Source: Octopus sinensis
Taxonomy: Eukaryota
Length of the DNA: 64,000 nucleotides
NCBI RefSeq assembly: GCF_006345805.1
Contig: NC_042998.1
Span: 34,596,001 to 34,660,000 of the forward strand
Reading direction: 5' to 3'
The number at the start of each line of letters is the position of its first letter. Position 1 is the first letter of the stretch. The position numbers were made by a program, and so were the translations under genes. The notes beneath the pieces are model-generated. The model saw only the letters and a list, made by a program, of their open reading frames with translations. It made no database searches and had not been told where the DNA came from. Below are positions 36,573-49,803 of this stretch, one piece after another.

Positions 36573-37108
36573 TTTATAGCTGAGTAGACCATGCTATTTA
36601 AGGTTTAAATTTTGCTTGGCTCTAGAAGCAGCACAGCTCTGTAATAGGCCAACACTCTGTGGTCTTGGCTTGGTGTGGCTTTCAAAAATAGTTATTGATT
36701 TGTATCTATGGGTATTTGTTATTGTTATGAATTCAGATTTATTTCGCTAAGAGGCTTACATCTAATTGATGGGTTATATGTAAGAACCTATTGATCTTTC
36801 AATTATCAATTATGTTTTATGGTACCATTGTCTCATGGCTGTTGTGAAATTTACATTTAAACTTTTGTTTATCAATTATGAATAATCAAAAATTAAATTT
36901 TTATAACTTCTGAGATAATTGGTTCTGCTCCAGTCAGGTATTACCATAAAATGCGGTCAGGTGTAAATTGCTTTTTCTCATCATTGTAAATTCATTCATT
37001 AACATATTGTTTTTCTCAAATAAGTCCAGTACGTGAGGAATTTAACCCGAATATTTTACAACTTTTTAAACTATTTTTTGTTTGTATGTTTAAATCTGTT
37101 GTACGTAA

Positions 37109-37270
37109 CGGAGTGGCTGTGTGGTAAGTAGCTTGCTTACCAACCACATGGTTCCAGGTTCAGTCCCTCTACATGGAACCTTGGGCAAGTGTCTTTTACT
37201 ATAGCCTCGAGCCAACCAAAGCCTTGTGAGTGGATTTTGTAGATGGAAACTGAAAGAAAGGCCACTGTGA

Positions 37271-37312
<42 letters not shown>

Positions 37313-37500
37313 CTGTCCCCCAAACATCACTTGACAACCAATGCTAGTGTGTTTAAGTCCCTGTAACTTAGTGGTTCTGCAAATGAGACTGATAGAATAA
37401 GTACTAGGCTTACAAAGAATAAGTCCTGGGGTCGATTTGATGGCTAAAAGGCAGTGCTCCAGCATGGCCACAGTCAGATGAGTGAAACAAGTAAAAGAAT
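37109..37500 (+). mobile_element. SINE family A
   Basis: Full head-to-tail homology. Confidence 0.83.
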
Positions 37501-37564
37501 AACAGAGTACTTATACAGATTTAGTAATTTCTTCAATCTAGTAAATCTTTTAAAGAATATTCAG

Positions 37565-37765
37565 TTCTACTCCAGACACAAGGCCTGAAATTTTTCGGGA
37601 GGGGTGGAGACAGTCGATTAGATTGGCCCAGTATGCAACTGGTACCTAATTTATCAACCCCCGAAAGGATGAAAGGCGAATCGACCTCAGCAGAATTTGA
37701 ACTTAGAATGTGAAGTCAGCCGAAATACCGACAAGCATTTCACCCGGCATGCTAACATTTCCGCT
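37565..37765 (-). mobile_element. SINE family B
   Basis: Reverse complement of the consensus. Confidence 0.75.
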
Positions 37766-37842
37766 GGAACTTCTAGGTTTTATTTCAAAGCTCTTACCAG
37801 AAATGGTAAGAAATAGCACATAGTCAACGACAATGATGAAGA

Positions 37843-38070
37843 GAAGTATGATGTTTCCTCATCAGGGGTTAAGATTGTTGAAGACGTATCTGTGTAGAGG
37901 ACCTTGATGGCACAGATGATTTTGTCTGGAATCCCATAGAGCTTAAGGATTTCAAACATCTTGTACCTATCTACAGAGATACAGGCATCCAGAAACAGGA
38001 CCTCCGTAGTGCTATGATGGACCATGAAGTCTGGCGTAACATAGTAAATTCCATTGTCTCGACCACGGTC
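37843..38070. mobile_element. RTE LINE remnant with inverted RT fragment joined to the 3' end
   Basis: Minus strand VDRYKMFEILKLYGIPDKIICAIKVLYTDTSSTILTPDEETSYF (RT-like); plus strand from 37972 YRDTGIQKQDLRSAMMDHEVWRNIVNSIVSTTV (RTE C-terminus-like). Confidence 0.75.
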
Positions 38071-39001
38071 AGCTTGCTGCATTCTATTTCTGCCAGCTTG
38101 CTGCATTCTATTAAAGAATATTGTCAGAAAAATCAATCATTTGGACAATAAGTTTATCGTTTATCTTTTAGTTGTTTCACTCATTAGATTGTGCTCATGC
38201 TGGAGCACTGCCCTGAGGAATTTTTAGTAAAACAAATCGACCCCAGTACTCATTCTTTTCTTCAAGCCTGAAATTCTATCAGGCTCTTTGGCTGAACTGC
38301 TAAGTTATAGGGACATAAACACACCAACACCAGTTGTCAAGCATCCCCATAACTTTTGGCATGAGAGACCGATGGAATAAGTTCCAGGTTTAGAAAAAAA
38401 TTACTGGGCTCAATTCATCATTTAATGTCCGTTGTCCATGCTGGCATGGGTTGGACAGTTTGACCAGGGCTGACAAGCTAGAAGGCTGCAACAGACTCCA
38501 GTCTGATTTGGCATGGTTTTCTACAGCTGGATGCCCTTCCTAATGCCAACCACTGTGAAAGTGCAATGGCTGCTTTTACGTACCACTGGCACGGGTGCCA
38601 CTTGCGTGACACCTGTATCTGCCACAACTGCGATTTTGCTCGGCTTGATGGGTCGTCTTCTCAAGCATGACATAATACCAAAGTTTTCGATCATTGACTA
38701 CGTGAGACCCAGCTAAAAAATTTTCAAGCCGGTGCCTCACAATGGCCACAGTCTAATGATTAAAGCAAGTAAAAGATAAAAAATATAAGAGAACTGAAAG
38801 AGCAGCTGAGATTTAAACGGAATATTAGAAGTGTAGAGAAGATAGATACATGTTGATATGGAAATAACTAGAGATAGACAATAAGTGTTGAGCACAAGTG
38901 TTCTGTGTATTGTTAAGGAGCAGGTCGTCAGAACAGGAAAATATGGGAAGGGATGTTGAGGGCAGAACTTTTGATCTCACAGAAGAGATGACAAATAACT
39001 C

Positions 39002-39502
39002 TGGCACTTGTGCCCATGCTAGTAGGGTGCCAAGAGCACCATCCGAGTGTGATCATTGCCAGAGCAGCCAACTGGCTTCTGTGCCGGTGGCATGTAAAAG
39101 GGCATCATTCGAGCGTGATCGTTACCAGCGTCGCCTTACTGGCATTTGTGCCCATGTTAGTAGGGTGCCAAGAGCACCATCCAAGCGTGATCATTGCCAG
39201 AGCAGCCAACTGGCTTCTGTGCTGGTAGCATGTAAAAGGGCACCATTCAAGCGTGATCGTTACCAACGTCGCCTTACTGGCACCTGTGCCGGTGGCATGT
39301 GTACAAAGATTCAAGCGAGGTCATTGCCAGTATCACCTGACAAGCCCCCGTGCCGGTGGTATGTAAAAAGCGCCCACTACACTCTTGGAGTGGTTGGCAT
39401 TAGGAAGGACAGCCATCTGGTTCGCCAGGCCTTAGTCAAAATCGTCCAACCCATGCTAACATGGAAAGCGGACATTAAACGACGATGATGATGATGATGA
39501 TG
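39002..39502 (+). mobile_element. Family C element with a duplicated block of about 138 nt
   Basis: 39002-39140 is repeated at 39141-39278; (GAT)n tail. Confidence 0.8.
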
Positions 39503-40440
39503 AATGGTGTCATGTTAAATTTGCTCACCATTATCTGGTAGTCCAATATTACATCCACCTGGCCACTTCAGCAAGTCTTGTGACTTCATTAAAACTGGTT
39601 CTTAATCAAAATTCAGATACCGTAAGTGTGTGAAAAATTAATCTTTCTAATTAGATGCGAAACATGTAACATTTCCACTTGTTATTCAAATATATTTGCT
39701 GCACTTAGAAATTACAAATGCATTTACAAGCTGTTAATTGTCCAGTATCTTGTAAAAACCTTTTATTTCCCATCTACTTATACATAAACATTAAAGCATG
39801 ATGGGAAAAAAACAATGTGTCCCAGTCTGGTTTGGGGAAACTGTGAGCTGCTGACTCAGTGTATTTACACCTATTTGTCCACAGCGAAAAATTTTCTCCA
39901 TCACAAAACACAGAGAATGGCCTTCTTACACATTCTATTATGCCTTAAATATGGGGTATTTTCTTTACGATGAACTGCCAATTAGTGCAACCAGTCATTG
40001 AATGATGATGGGAAAATCTTAAAGGGGACACTATCATGTCAGCTCACAGTGCACCTTGTCCAGTTTCTGTGGCTGAAGTAGAGATCATCATTGTCGTTTA
40101 ACATCCGTTTTCCATGCTGGCATGGGCTGGATGGTTTGACTGAGGGCTGGCAAACCAGGAGGCTGCACCAGGCTCCAATCTGGTCTGGCATGGTTTCTAA
40201 AGCCGGATGCCCTTCCTAGCACCAAAATGCCTGCATCCAACAGTTTGGTTAGGGGACACTTGGAGCTGACTCACTATACTTTTGTCTACTGCAAGAAATT
40301 CTCTTCATGAAAATAATTTAGTTATTGGCCATCTTATGGTTCAAATATGCCTCAAGCATATTTGAACTGGGAACAATTTTGTCTTCATTCTTACTGTCTT
40401 ATTGATTTATTAACCATTTCTTATTATTTACTCATTGCAG

Positions 40441-40519
40441 GATGGTTACATAGAATTTGATGAATTTCTACAAGCCTTATCGGTAACCTCCCGAGGTAAT
40501 GTGGATGAAAAGTTACGGT
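40441..40519 (+). CDS. NCS1: NCS-1-like exon [26 protein letters not shown] plus first base of W
   Basis: cattgcAG acceptor, GTaagt donor, 79 nt. Completes the 12-residue EF2 loop [12 protein letters not shown] and continues in frame from the previous exon. Confidence 0.96.
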
Positions 40520-41261
40520 GTAAGTACACATTTAAAATATCTTTTTGTGACCTGGTCCTGAATCAATGCAAGATTAATTATACAATAACGAAGAAATGAT
40601 TTTAATGAAATTCATATTATTTAAACTAACTTTTCAGCCCAGCTGTGCAATCATGTGTATGAGAGAAGTTTCTCTCAAGAAGTGCAAATTACCTTCTTGC
40701 TTCTGTTTCTAATCAATTTCGTTTTCTAATGAGTTATTTTCTCGTTATTTGCCTGATTTCCCACAGGAAATTGAGCCTAAGTAAATTCATGATATTTCTT
40801 TCCAGTATAGAATTACAATGGCGTTATTGAAATATGAATCTACACCTGAGAGTCTGACCTTTTATCCATCTAGCTATCATGTTGTCTATTGACTATATGC
40901 TACGTGACATATTACTCGTTAACCATTTTGGTTCCAATCTGCTCAACAGCATTCTTGATTCTATTCTACGAAACTGCGTAATTAAGCAAAAACCACCCAT
41001 CTTAGTTTTTGACAAGCTCCCTTAAGTTAGGTTTCAAACATTACTTCAGCATTCTGTTCTTGATACGAGCTGAACATAAATCAATACTTTCATTAAATTC
41101 AGAGTTTGAGTCCATCAGATTAGCATTATCCAAATATGAAACAGATCTTGCTGTGGATAGGACTTCAGTTTATTATAACCAAGTCAGCCACTGATATGGC
41201 TGCTGTGTGCTTTTCAAGCTGGTTGTTCAATATCATAAAATCAGCTCTTCCCCATCTGGCA

Positions 41262-42170
41262 TGGATGTATGATAAAAAGCTTGCTTCCCAACCACATGGT
41301 CCTGGGTTCAATCTTACAGCATGGCACCTTCAGCAAGTGTCTGCTAGTATAGTCTTGGGCCAACCAAAGCCTTCTGAGTGGATTTAGTAGACGGAAACTG
41401 AAAGAAGCCCATCATATATATGTGTGTGTGTGTGTGTGTGTCACTGCTACTTGACAACAACCAGTGTTGGTTTGCTTGCATCCCTGTGACTTAACAGTTT
41501 GGCTAAAGCCACTGATAGAATAAGTACCAGGCTTAAAAAAATAAATAATAGGGCTGATTCATTCAACTAAAAATTCTTCACCGTGGTGCTGCAGAATGGC
41601 CACAGTCTAATGACCGAAACAAATAACACATAAAAGATGTGATCTCAAATTCAGTCCCTCTGTGCTGCAGTATGGGCAAGTGTTTTCTACTATAACCTTG
41701 GGTTGGCCAAAGCCTTGTGAATGGATTATGTAGAAACTGTAAAGAAGCCCATTGTTTGTGTGTGTCCTTGTCTTGATATCATGCATTGACTGTGCTGTGT
41801 GGTAAGTAGCTTGCTTACCAACCACATGGTTCTGGGTTCAGTCCCAGTGCATGTCTGGGCAAGTGTCTTCTGTTATAGTGCTGGGCAAGTGTCTTCTATT
41901 ATAGCCTCAGGATGACCAAAGCCTTTGCGAGTGGATGTAATAGACAGAAACTGAAAGAAGCCCATCATGTGTTTATGTGTTTGTCCCCCCCTCCATCGCT
42001 TGATGACCTATGTTAGTGTGTTTACGTCCCCATAACTTAGTGTTTCAGCAAAAGGGATCAATAGAATAAGTACTAGGCTTACAAGGAATAAGTCCTGGGG
42101 GTTGATTTGTTCAACTAAAGGCGGTGCTCCAGCATGGCCGCAGTCAAATGACTGAAACAAATAAAAGAAT
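41262..42170. mobile_element. Cluster of family A SINEs (41262-41635 +, 41650-41760 -, 41790-42170 +)
   Basis: Repeated heads, middle blocks and tails. Confidence 0.78.
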
Positions 42171-42509
42171 ACTTTGCCATCATACAAGTAGCAGCATTTG
42201 TTTGCAGTCTTCAATGAAAACATGTTCCCACAAGGAGAAAATCCTGCTATGCCTGGAAACAGGTAAAGGTTGGTGGCAGAAAGAGCATCCAGCTGTAGAA
42301 AATTTGCTTCAATGAAATACATCTGATCCATGCAAGAAGGGAAATGTGAAAATTAAAACAATGAGGAATTCTAGCCTAGAAGACACACTACCTAATTTCC
42401 ATATCTGTGCGATCTACGGTGCCATAATTGAACGACATTACAATGACATTTGAACTCTCAACTCACTCAACTGTTTCATCTCTGCTCTTTGGAAGTTCTT
42501 ATACATTTA

Positions 42510-42895
42510 CTCTTTTACTCATTTCAGTCATTTGACTGTGGCCATGCTGGAGCACTGCCTTTAGTCGAGCAACTCGACCCCAGGACTTATTCTTTGTAAG
42601 CCTAGTACTTATTCTATCAGTCTCTTTTGCCAAACTGCTAAGTTACAGGGACGTAAACACACCTGCATCGATTGTCAAGCAATGTTGGGGGGACAAACAC
42701 AGACACACAAAAACACACACGTATATACATATATACGACAGGCTTCTTTCAGTTTCCGTCTACCAAATCAACTAATAAGGCTTTGGTCGGCCCCAGGCTT
42801 TAGTAGAAGACACTTGCCCAAGGTGCCACACAGTGGGACTGAACCCGGAACTATGTGCTTGGTAAACAAGCTACTTACCACAGAGACACCCCTGC
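42510..42895 (-). mobile_element. SINE family A
   Basis: Reverse complement of the consensus. Confidence 0.83.
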
Positions 42896-43706
42896 GTCTA
42901 TATCATTTGATATCATTAAACAACAAGCGGCACTATTCCAGTCACAATCTCTGTAGATCAATTAATTATAGTTTGAAGAACACAAGAGTATCTTCGTAAT
43001 GTAGTTCTAAATTCAAACCTTTGCCAAGATTTAATGTTTTTCCTTATCGTGAATATCTATTCAAGAGGCAAGTCATATAATGATAGACTTTATCTGAGAT
43101 GCTCTAAATATATGGGTCACCTGAAGCTTTTAATCAGGTATTTATGCGTTGCAGATATATCTGATTAAATTCAGTTTTACTGCGTGGCTCACCCTCAGAA
43201 ACAATTATCTGCCAATTAGATGTTTTATCACTGATAAAGTTTTAATTTCAATATCAATATTCTAAATAGGACATTAAAGAGAAATGCTTTATCCCCTAAT
43301 GTGAGCCAAAATTGCTCACCTTCAATGATGTTTTATCAGAAGTATAAGATCCTGCTGTAGCAGCAAAGAACTTCTTAAAACAAGTAGCAAGAATAGCTCT
43401 TACAACAACATTGCTATCTACATAGCAGCTTTATGCTGTTGCCCCATGGGTTTAGAGACAGGGTACACATGAGCCAATGAGGAAGCTTCTATGTAGTCAC
43501 TTTGCTTGCTAGAAATAGCAAATAATACCCACAGTTTTCTTTTCCAAAGAGAAGTAAGGATATGTTGGATAATGTAGTTCTAGAAGTACAATGTCTGGAA
43601 ATAAGATGGGTGGTCAGAGGGACAGATAACGAGATGGAATGCACTCACGCCAGTGCCATTTTCCAGACAAATAGCATCCAACTAGGGAACCCTGCAAATA
43701 ATTAAT

Positions 43707-43779
<73 letters not shown>

Positions 43780-44243
43780 TATATTGTTGTATTTCGGGAT
43801 GGTCATTTTTTTTCTTTTTTTCTTTTTGGCCAAATAAACACACACACTAAAAAAAGGAAGAAAAACAAAGGACCATCCTGAAATACAACAATGTTTCAAC
43901 ACACGATTTCACATCAGGAATCTTGCAAAACGAATTGATAAATATATCATCATCATCGTCATATAATATTCATGTGTGTGTGTGTGTGTCTTTGTCCCCC
44001 ATTACTGCCTGATAACCAGTGTTGGTGTGTTGACATCCCTATGATTTAATGGTTTTGCAAAACAAGACTGATAGAATAAGACGAAGCTTTAAAATGTATT
44101 GGGGTCAATTTGTTTGACTAAAATTCTGCAAGGCAGTGCCCCAGCATGGCCACAGTCTAATGACTGAAACAAGTAGAAGATAAACAACATTGATGTATTC
44201 CTATTATTCCTTGTTATACATTAAATCAATATTTTGTAGACTA

Positions 44244-44457
44244 AGGCAGGGAGCTGGCAGAAACTTTACCACACCGGGGGAAATGTTTAGCAGTATTTAT
44301 TCTGTCTTGACATTCTGAGTTCAAATTCCACTGAGGTCAACTTTGCTTTTCATCTGTTTGGGGTCGATAAACTAAGTACCAGTTGCATACTGGAGTCAAT
44401 CGAATCAACTGGCCCCCTTCCTCCAAAATTTCAGGCCTTGTGCCTAGAGTAGAAAAG
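44244..44457 (+). mobile_element. SINE family B (tail type 1) with 16-bp TSD
   Basis: TSD AATATTTTGTAGACTA at 44228 and 44458. Confidence 0.88.
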
Positions 44458-44814
44458 AATATTTTGTAGACTATTTTTTGAAAAAATGCTAAGCTATTTG
44501 ACATATGATCATAGACATTAACTCAAAACTGCAAAGAATTATGTAATATATTTAAGGAGATGATCGATTTTACCATTGCAGAATATCAAATTAAAACAAA
44601 ATGAACGCATTCAGTAACCATTTATTCTCAGTGCTCCAGCATGGCCCCAGCCTTTGAGGGAAACCAGTAAAAGGTGAAAGAAAAATACAATCTGGCAATG
44701 AAAAGGCTTCGTTTTCGATGCTGCTTATTCTAAATTTTTATCTTTGACTTGATTTAGTCATTAGACTGTGGCCATGCTGGGGCACTGCCATTGAAGAATA
44801 TTTAGTCAAATGAA

Positions 44815-45205
44815 TCATTATCATCATTGTTTAACGTCCATTGTCCATGCTGGCATGGGTCGGACAGTTTCACTGGACTGGCATGCTGGACGGCTGCACC
44901 AGGCTCGTCTGATTTGGCATGGTTTCTACAGCTGGATGCACTTCCTAATGCCAACCACTCCGAGAGTGTAGTGGCTGTTTTTACATGCCACCAGCATGGG
45001 TGCCATTTGCATGAGACTGGGGTGCGTTTACGTGCCACTGGCACAGGTGCCAATTTGTGTGACACCAGTATCTGCCACAACTGTGATTTTGCTCAGCTTG
45101 ATGGGTCTTCTTCTCAGGTACAACATAATGCCAAAGGTCTTGGTCATTGACTCCATAAGGTTCAAGACTCGAAAGGAACTCAGCCATTTTGCCTCCATGA
45201 GGCGC
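44815..45205 (-). mobile_element. Family C element, variant 5' region
   Basis: Shares CTGCCACAACT.GATTTTGCTC.GCTTGATGGGTC with the 38415-38720 copy. Confidence 0.75.
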
Positions 45206-45229
45206 CAGACCTGAAAGGAGCTTGATCCC

Positions 45230-45515
45230 AGTATTTTAAACCTGATTAGGCTGAACTGCTAAGTTATGGGTATGTAAACAAGCTAAAACAGTTTGTCAAG
45301 AAGTGGGTGGAGGGACAAACAGAGATACTAAAAGACACACACAGATATATATGATGGGCTTCTTTAAGTTTCCTTCTACCAAATCTACTCACAAGGTATT
45401 GGTCAACTTGAGGCTATAGTAGAAAAAAAAAACACTTGCCCAAGGTGTCACGCACTGAGACTGAACTCAGAACCATGTGGTTGAGAAGCAAGCTTCATAC
45501 CACACAGCCATGGCT
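45230..45515 (-). mobile_element. SINE family A, tail-truncated
   Basis: Reverse-complement head and middle. Confidence 0.7.
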
Positions 45516-47835
45516 GAGCCTTCTTCATTTGTTTGAAGTTAATGAATTTTCACTTTTGCATGGGTCTTTTAAGCTAAATTTTGGTTCAAATAAACATTTT
45601 CTGTTATTTATTCCAAGATTTATTTATTATTTTATGTTACATAACTTTTGGTTATTCTTATCTTCAGGATTTCTATTAATTCATTTCTTGTTCAGACATA
45701 TTTCAAAGTCCTTTTTTTTTCGTAGCTATTCTTTACAGGTTTTAAAATTTGTTTGTATTGTTGTATTCTTTTTATTTATTTACTTTTTGTATTGCTATTT
45801 TCATATTTCAAGTCTGTTATATCAAATTGTTTGTTATTTCTTTTTAATAAGTCTTCTTTTTTATATCTAAAACTTTCCAGCCAATTTTTCATTATTATTA
45901 TTATTATTTCTTTTTTTTTTAACTCTAATTTTAGCATTATATCTCTGTAAAATCTTTGCACGCAAGTTATTATTTCTAGTGAGTAAATCATCTATGTATC
46001 TAAATGAATACAAATTACCATTTCTAACCAGATTTTTTATTATTATTTATCTTTGCCATAGTAGAAGAAACATGTTAACCTAGAACGGTGCTTCAATAAT
46101 CACGAGAAAATACCAGTGTTTTGACCAAAAAAATCAGAACGTATTCTAATTCAAAATAACCATTTGTTTACTAAGAATTTCATTTTTCTTTTAACAGTTA
46201 TCCAACTAAAAATTAATTTCTCTAATTAACTCATTAAAGTAATGTCCCATTAATTAGCTATTTTGCTCCTCTATGACAGAAAGAATTTTACGCTAGTTTT
46301 TAAGAATTCATCTGTTTCATTTTGAAAGATTTTGGAACCCATTTTCATGAAATCAAAATCATTTGGATTATAACATTGTGAATGTTTGAATTAGCAAATA
46401 TTCTCATAATTGTAGTTGTGATTCTTATTCATTTATATATATCTAAGAAATTGTTTTTCACAATTTGAGATTTATTTTTGTTGAAGACTTGAGAGTTTTA
46501 CTGAATTTTGATTCATCTTTGGAAAACAGTATAACTGAAACATTGTTATTGATTTCTTACTTTGAGACAAAGCCAGGCATTTGTTAAAGAATCAAGTGGA
46601 CCGACGCTGTACACAGATGGAACTTATTCTATCAATCTTAGAAGGATGAAAGACAGGCTCATTCTTGTCTTTGTATAATCATTAAGGGACAAAATGAGAT
46701 AATACAAAATATTCAAAGCAGCACATTACTATTTAAACCTCTAATTAATTAATATTAATTGTTTTTATTTAGTACTTATCTATTGTTTATTTTTCCTTTC
46801 CACCGTTTATATTCATATAGTTGTTGTTATTAATAACTTGTTCTTCTACATGTCTCAGTATTAAAGATATTTTACACATGAATGCCATATTATTTCGTTG
46901 TCTTGGAAGGGTCATTATGCTAGTAATAAATACACACACGCTGGTTCAATAACACTTCTTTAATGTGCTGGTTAAGCAATCAATTTGTCATTTAAAGTCC
47001 TTTCATCACTATTCAGGACATTTTCAGTAACTTATCTTGCCCTTTCTCCTCAAGGTCTGCTCCCAGTACATTAAATAAACAATTGATTAATTAGTTGGTT
47101 AGATACTTAACCAATTGACTAACAGTATGGAAGTGATATTGAACCAGTACATGTGTTTATTATTATTGGCATAATGACCCTCCCAAAACAACAAAATTTG
47201 TTTCAACTCACAACTTCACAGCAAGAATCTTCCGAACCAAATACAAAAACTGTATTATCTATATCATTGTTTGCTTTTTGTCTCATACAAATTCCTCCAA
47301 ATAATTGTTCTTGCAGATTTTCTTACGACTTTACAACTAATTCTAATATTTTACTCTTTCATTAGTTTTATATATTTATTACTTATTTTTGTTAATTCAA
47401 TTTTCTAAATCTTTATAATTACTTTATAAACAAGATTCAAATTACACCATTTTGCTTCATAGAATTTTTCCTCTTTCCTATCAAATTATTTGATTTCAGT
47501 TTTCTTTCCATATTTTAATTCATTGTAAAATTTGTATTTCTAAATAGTGTGTTGTTTTTCACTGTTTCTTTTAAATTTATGCTTTTAATTAAAAAGAATT
47601 GAGCTAACAAGTCTTGTTAAGTCTTATTATGAACATTTCTAAATGTTTTCTATAAAGTATATATTCCTTAACTACAGGTGTCTACATGAAGACACATACC
47701 TGCCACATTCATAAACATACATTCAGGTGTATATGTGTGTCTGTCTGTCATATATACATATATAAATCTTCAGTAAATTATAAATCGAAAATAGAAGCAC
47801 ATGCTCTAAATTGTAGAGTATATAGATAAAGATAG

Positions 47836-48066
47836 ATATGGCCAGTCTATGGGGTTACCCTGGGTTTCACATCCTCCAGACCCTAAAACCCATTAGCCTT
47901 TCCATATGGCCTTCTCCAGCAAGACTTGCACTTCTGTCAGACCCAAGACTTGCAAGTCTTGCTTGAGAGGCCATAGACCAACAGGTTTTTAGGGTCTGAA
48001 GAAACATTGTAAAGCTCATTGCTTTATGGATGTAAAACCCAAGGTGACCCCATAGACCAGCCATAT
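47836..48066. mobile_element. Foldback MITE, superfamily unassigned
   Basis: About 40-nt TIRs ATATGGCCAGTCTATGGGGTTACCCTGGGTTTCACATCC / GGATGTAAAACCCAAGGTGACCCCATAGACCAGCCATAT plus internal inverted blocks. Confidence 0.75.
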
Positions 48067-48084
48067 TTATTTTTATCTATCTAT

Positions 48085-48465
48085 CTCTTTTACTCTTTTA
48101 CTTGTTTCAGTCATTTGACTGTAGCCATGCTGCAGCACCGCCTTTTTTAGTCGAGCAAATCGCCCCCAGGACTTATTCTTTGTAAGCCTAGTACTTATTC
48201 TATCGGTCTCTTTAGCTGAACCGCTAAGTTACAGGGATGTAAACACACCAGCATCGTTTGTCAAGCGATGTTGGGGGGGGGACAAACACATACACACACA
48301 TACATATATATGACGGGCTTCTTTCAGTTTCCGTCTACCAAATCCAAGGCTCTGGTCAGCCCGAGGGTATAGTAGAAGACACTTACCCAAGGTGCCATGC
48401 AGTGGGACTGAACCCAGAACCATGGGGTTTGTAAGCAAGTTACTTACCACACAACCACTCCTACA
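48085..48465 (-). mobile_element. SINE family A
   Basis: Reverse complement of the consensus. Confidence 0.83.
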
Positions 48466-48493
48466 CCTATATATATATATATATATATATATA

Positions 48494-48730
48494 GGGTTGG
48501 TGCATAATTATTGCAGCTTTTTTTCAACAAATTTTATTCAACAAAAACAATAACAACATGTAACAAAAACATCTTTAAATGATTATTCTGGAGCATATTC
48601 ACCATCTACTTCAATTACTACTTCCCATTTTCTTGGCAGACGGTCATTTAAAGATGTTTTTGTTAAATATTGTTATTGTTTTTGTTGAATAAAATTTGTT
48701 GAAAAATAGCCACAATAATTATGCACCAAT
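48494..48730. mobile_element. mariner-derived MITE with long inverted arms and a transposase C-terminal relic
   Basis: About 85-nt inverted arms starting TTGGTGCATAATTATTG; 48583-48648 on the minus strand reads NDRLPRKWEVVIEVDGEYAPE*. Confidence 0.82.
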
Positions 48731-49477
48731 ATATATATAAATAAATATGTGAAGTATTATTATTGCTGTTGAGGTGGTCAGCAAGACTTCTACCTATACA
48801 GGTACAATATAAAATATTTGAAGAAAAGGGTAAAAATACCACTTGCTAAAAATGAAAGCGGAAGCTTCAAAACACCACCAATCTTATGATAGATACACAC
48901 ACGAGCAATGCAACGAATATTATTAAAAATAGGTCTACCTTCAGGATGGAATTTGAAGGTAGTTTACATTGATTTCTTGCTGTGCATGAGAAAACATGCT
49001 TTGCAGTCCTCAGTTGGAGAGTATTTAACATCTATTTCTAAAATATTAATTACATCAACTCGTGTGTGTTTCTAAATTTAAAATAAACGAGTTGACGTAA
49101 TAAATATATATATAAGGTTCACAAACAACAGGTGGGCCCTTACAGCTGCCAAGTGGTCTCCAAGACATTGGAAAATGTCTCTTGAAAGGCCTCCATGACA
49201 ATGGCTAGATGATTTACTTAAGTAATTTGGGTCCAGATAGAAAAGAATGATGCAATGAAGACAGAAGTGGAAGTGCATTGTGATCAGCAGGTTACAACAG
49301 CGTCTGATGGTCTGATCAGCACTGCAGAATAGATGCATATCTAGATCTTCCAGTGGGATTAATTCCAATTTCAGTCTCACTCTGTGGTATCTTGAGAGTT
49401 TTCTACTAAAGAGCCCAGCTAACCCAGGCCTTGTGAGTAGATTTGGAAGAGAGAGAAACTAAAAGAAGGCCGCCATC

Positions 49478-49505
<28 letters not shown>

Positions 49506-49512
<7 letters not shown>

Positions 49513-49803
49513 TAGAGAGAAAAAAACACCTTTTATCAATTCAAAATGAACAATTAAATTACAGCATCTAGAAAATTACATATAATAGAAATATAAAAAA
49601 TAAAATAACAATAATATACCAATGATTAAGTAAATTGCAAAATAATTATAAAGGCGTATATATTTTTATTATTTTGCAATTTACTTAATCATCGGTATAT
49701 TATTGTTATTTCATTTTTTATATTTCTATTATATGTAATTTTCTAGATGGTGTAATTTAATTATTTATTTTCAATTGATAAAAGGTGTTTTTTCTAATTT
49801 ATA
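49506..49803. repeat. AT-rich palindrome, arms about 138 nt, inside (TA)n
   Basis: 49506-49645 is mirrored by 49667-49803 with few mismatches. Confidence 0.88.

Noticed and set aside
45436-45991. 144-aa F/L/I/Y-rich ORF resembling a membrane protein
   Set aside because: It starts in a SINE A copy and runs through T-rich low-complexity DNA; the composition explains the hydrophobicity.
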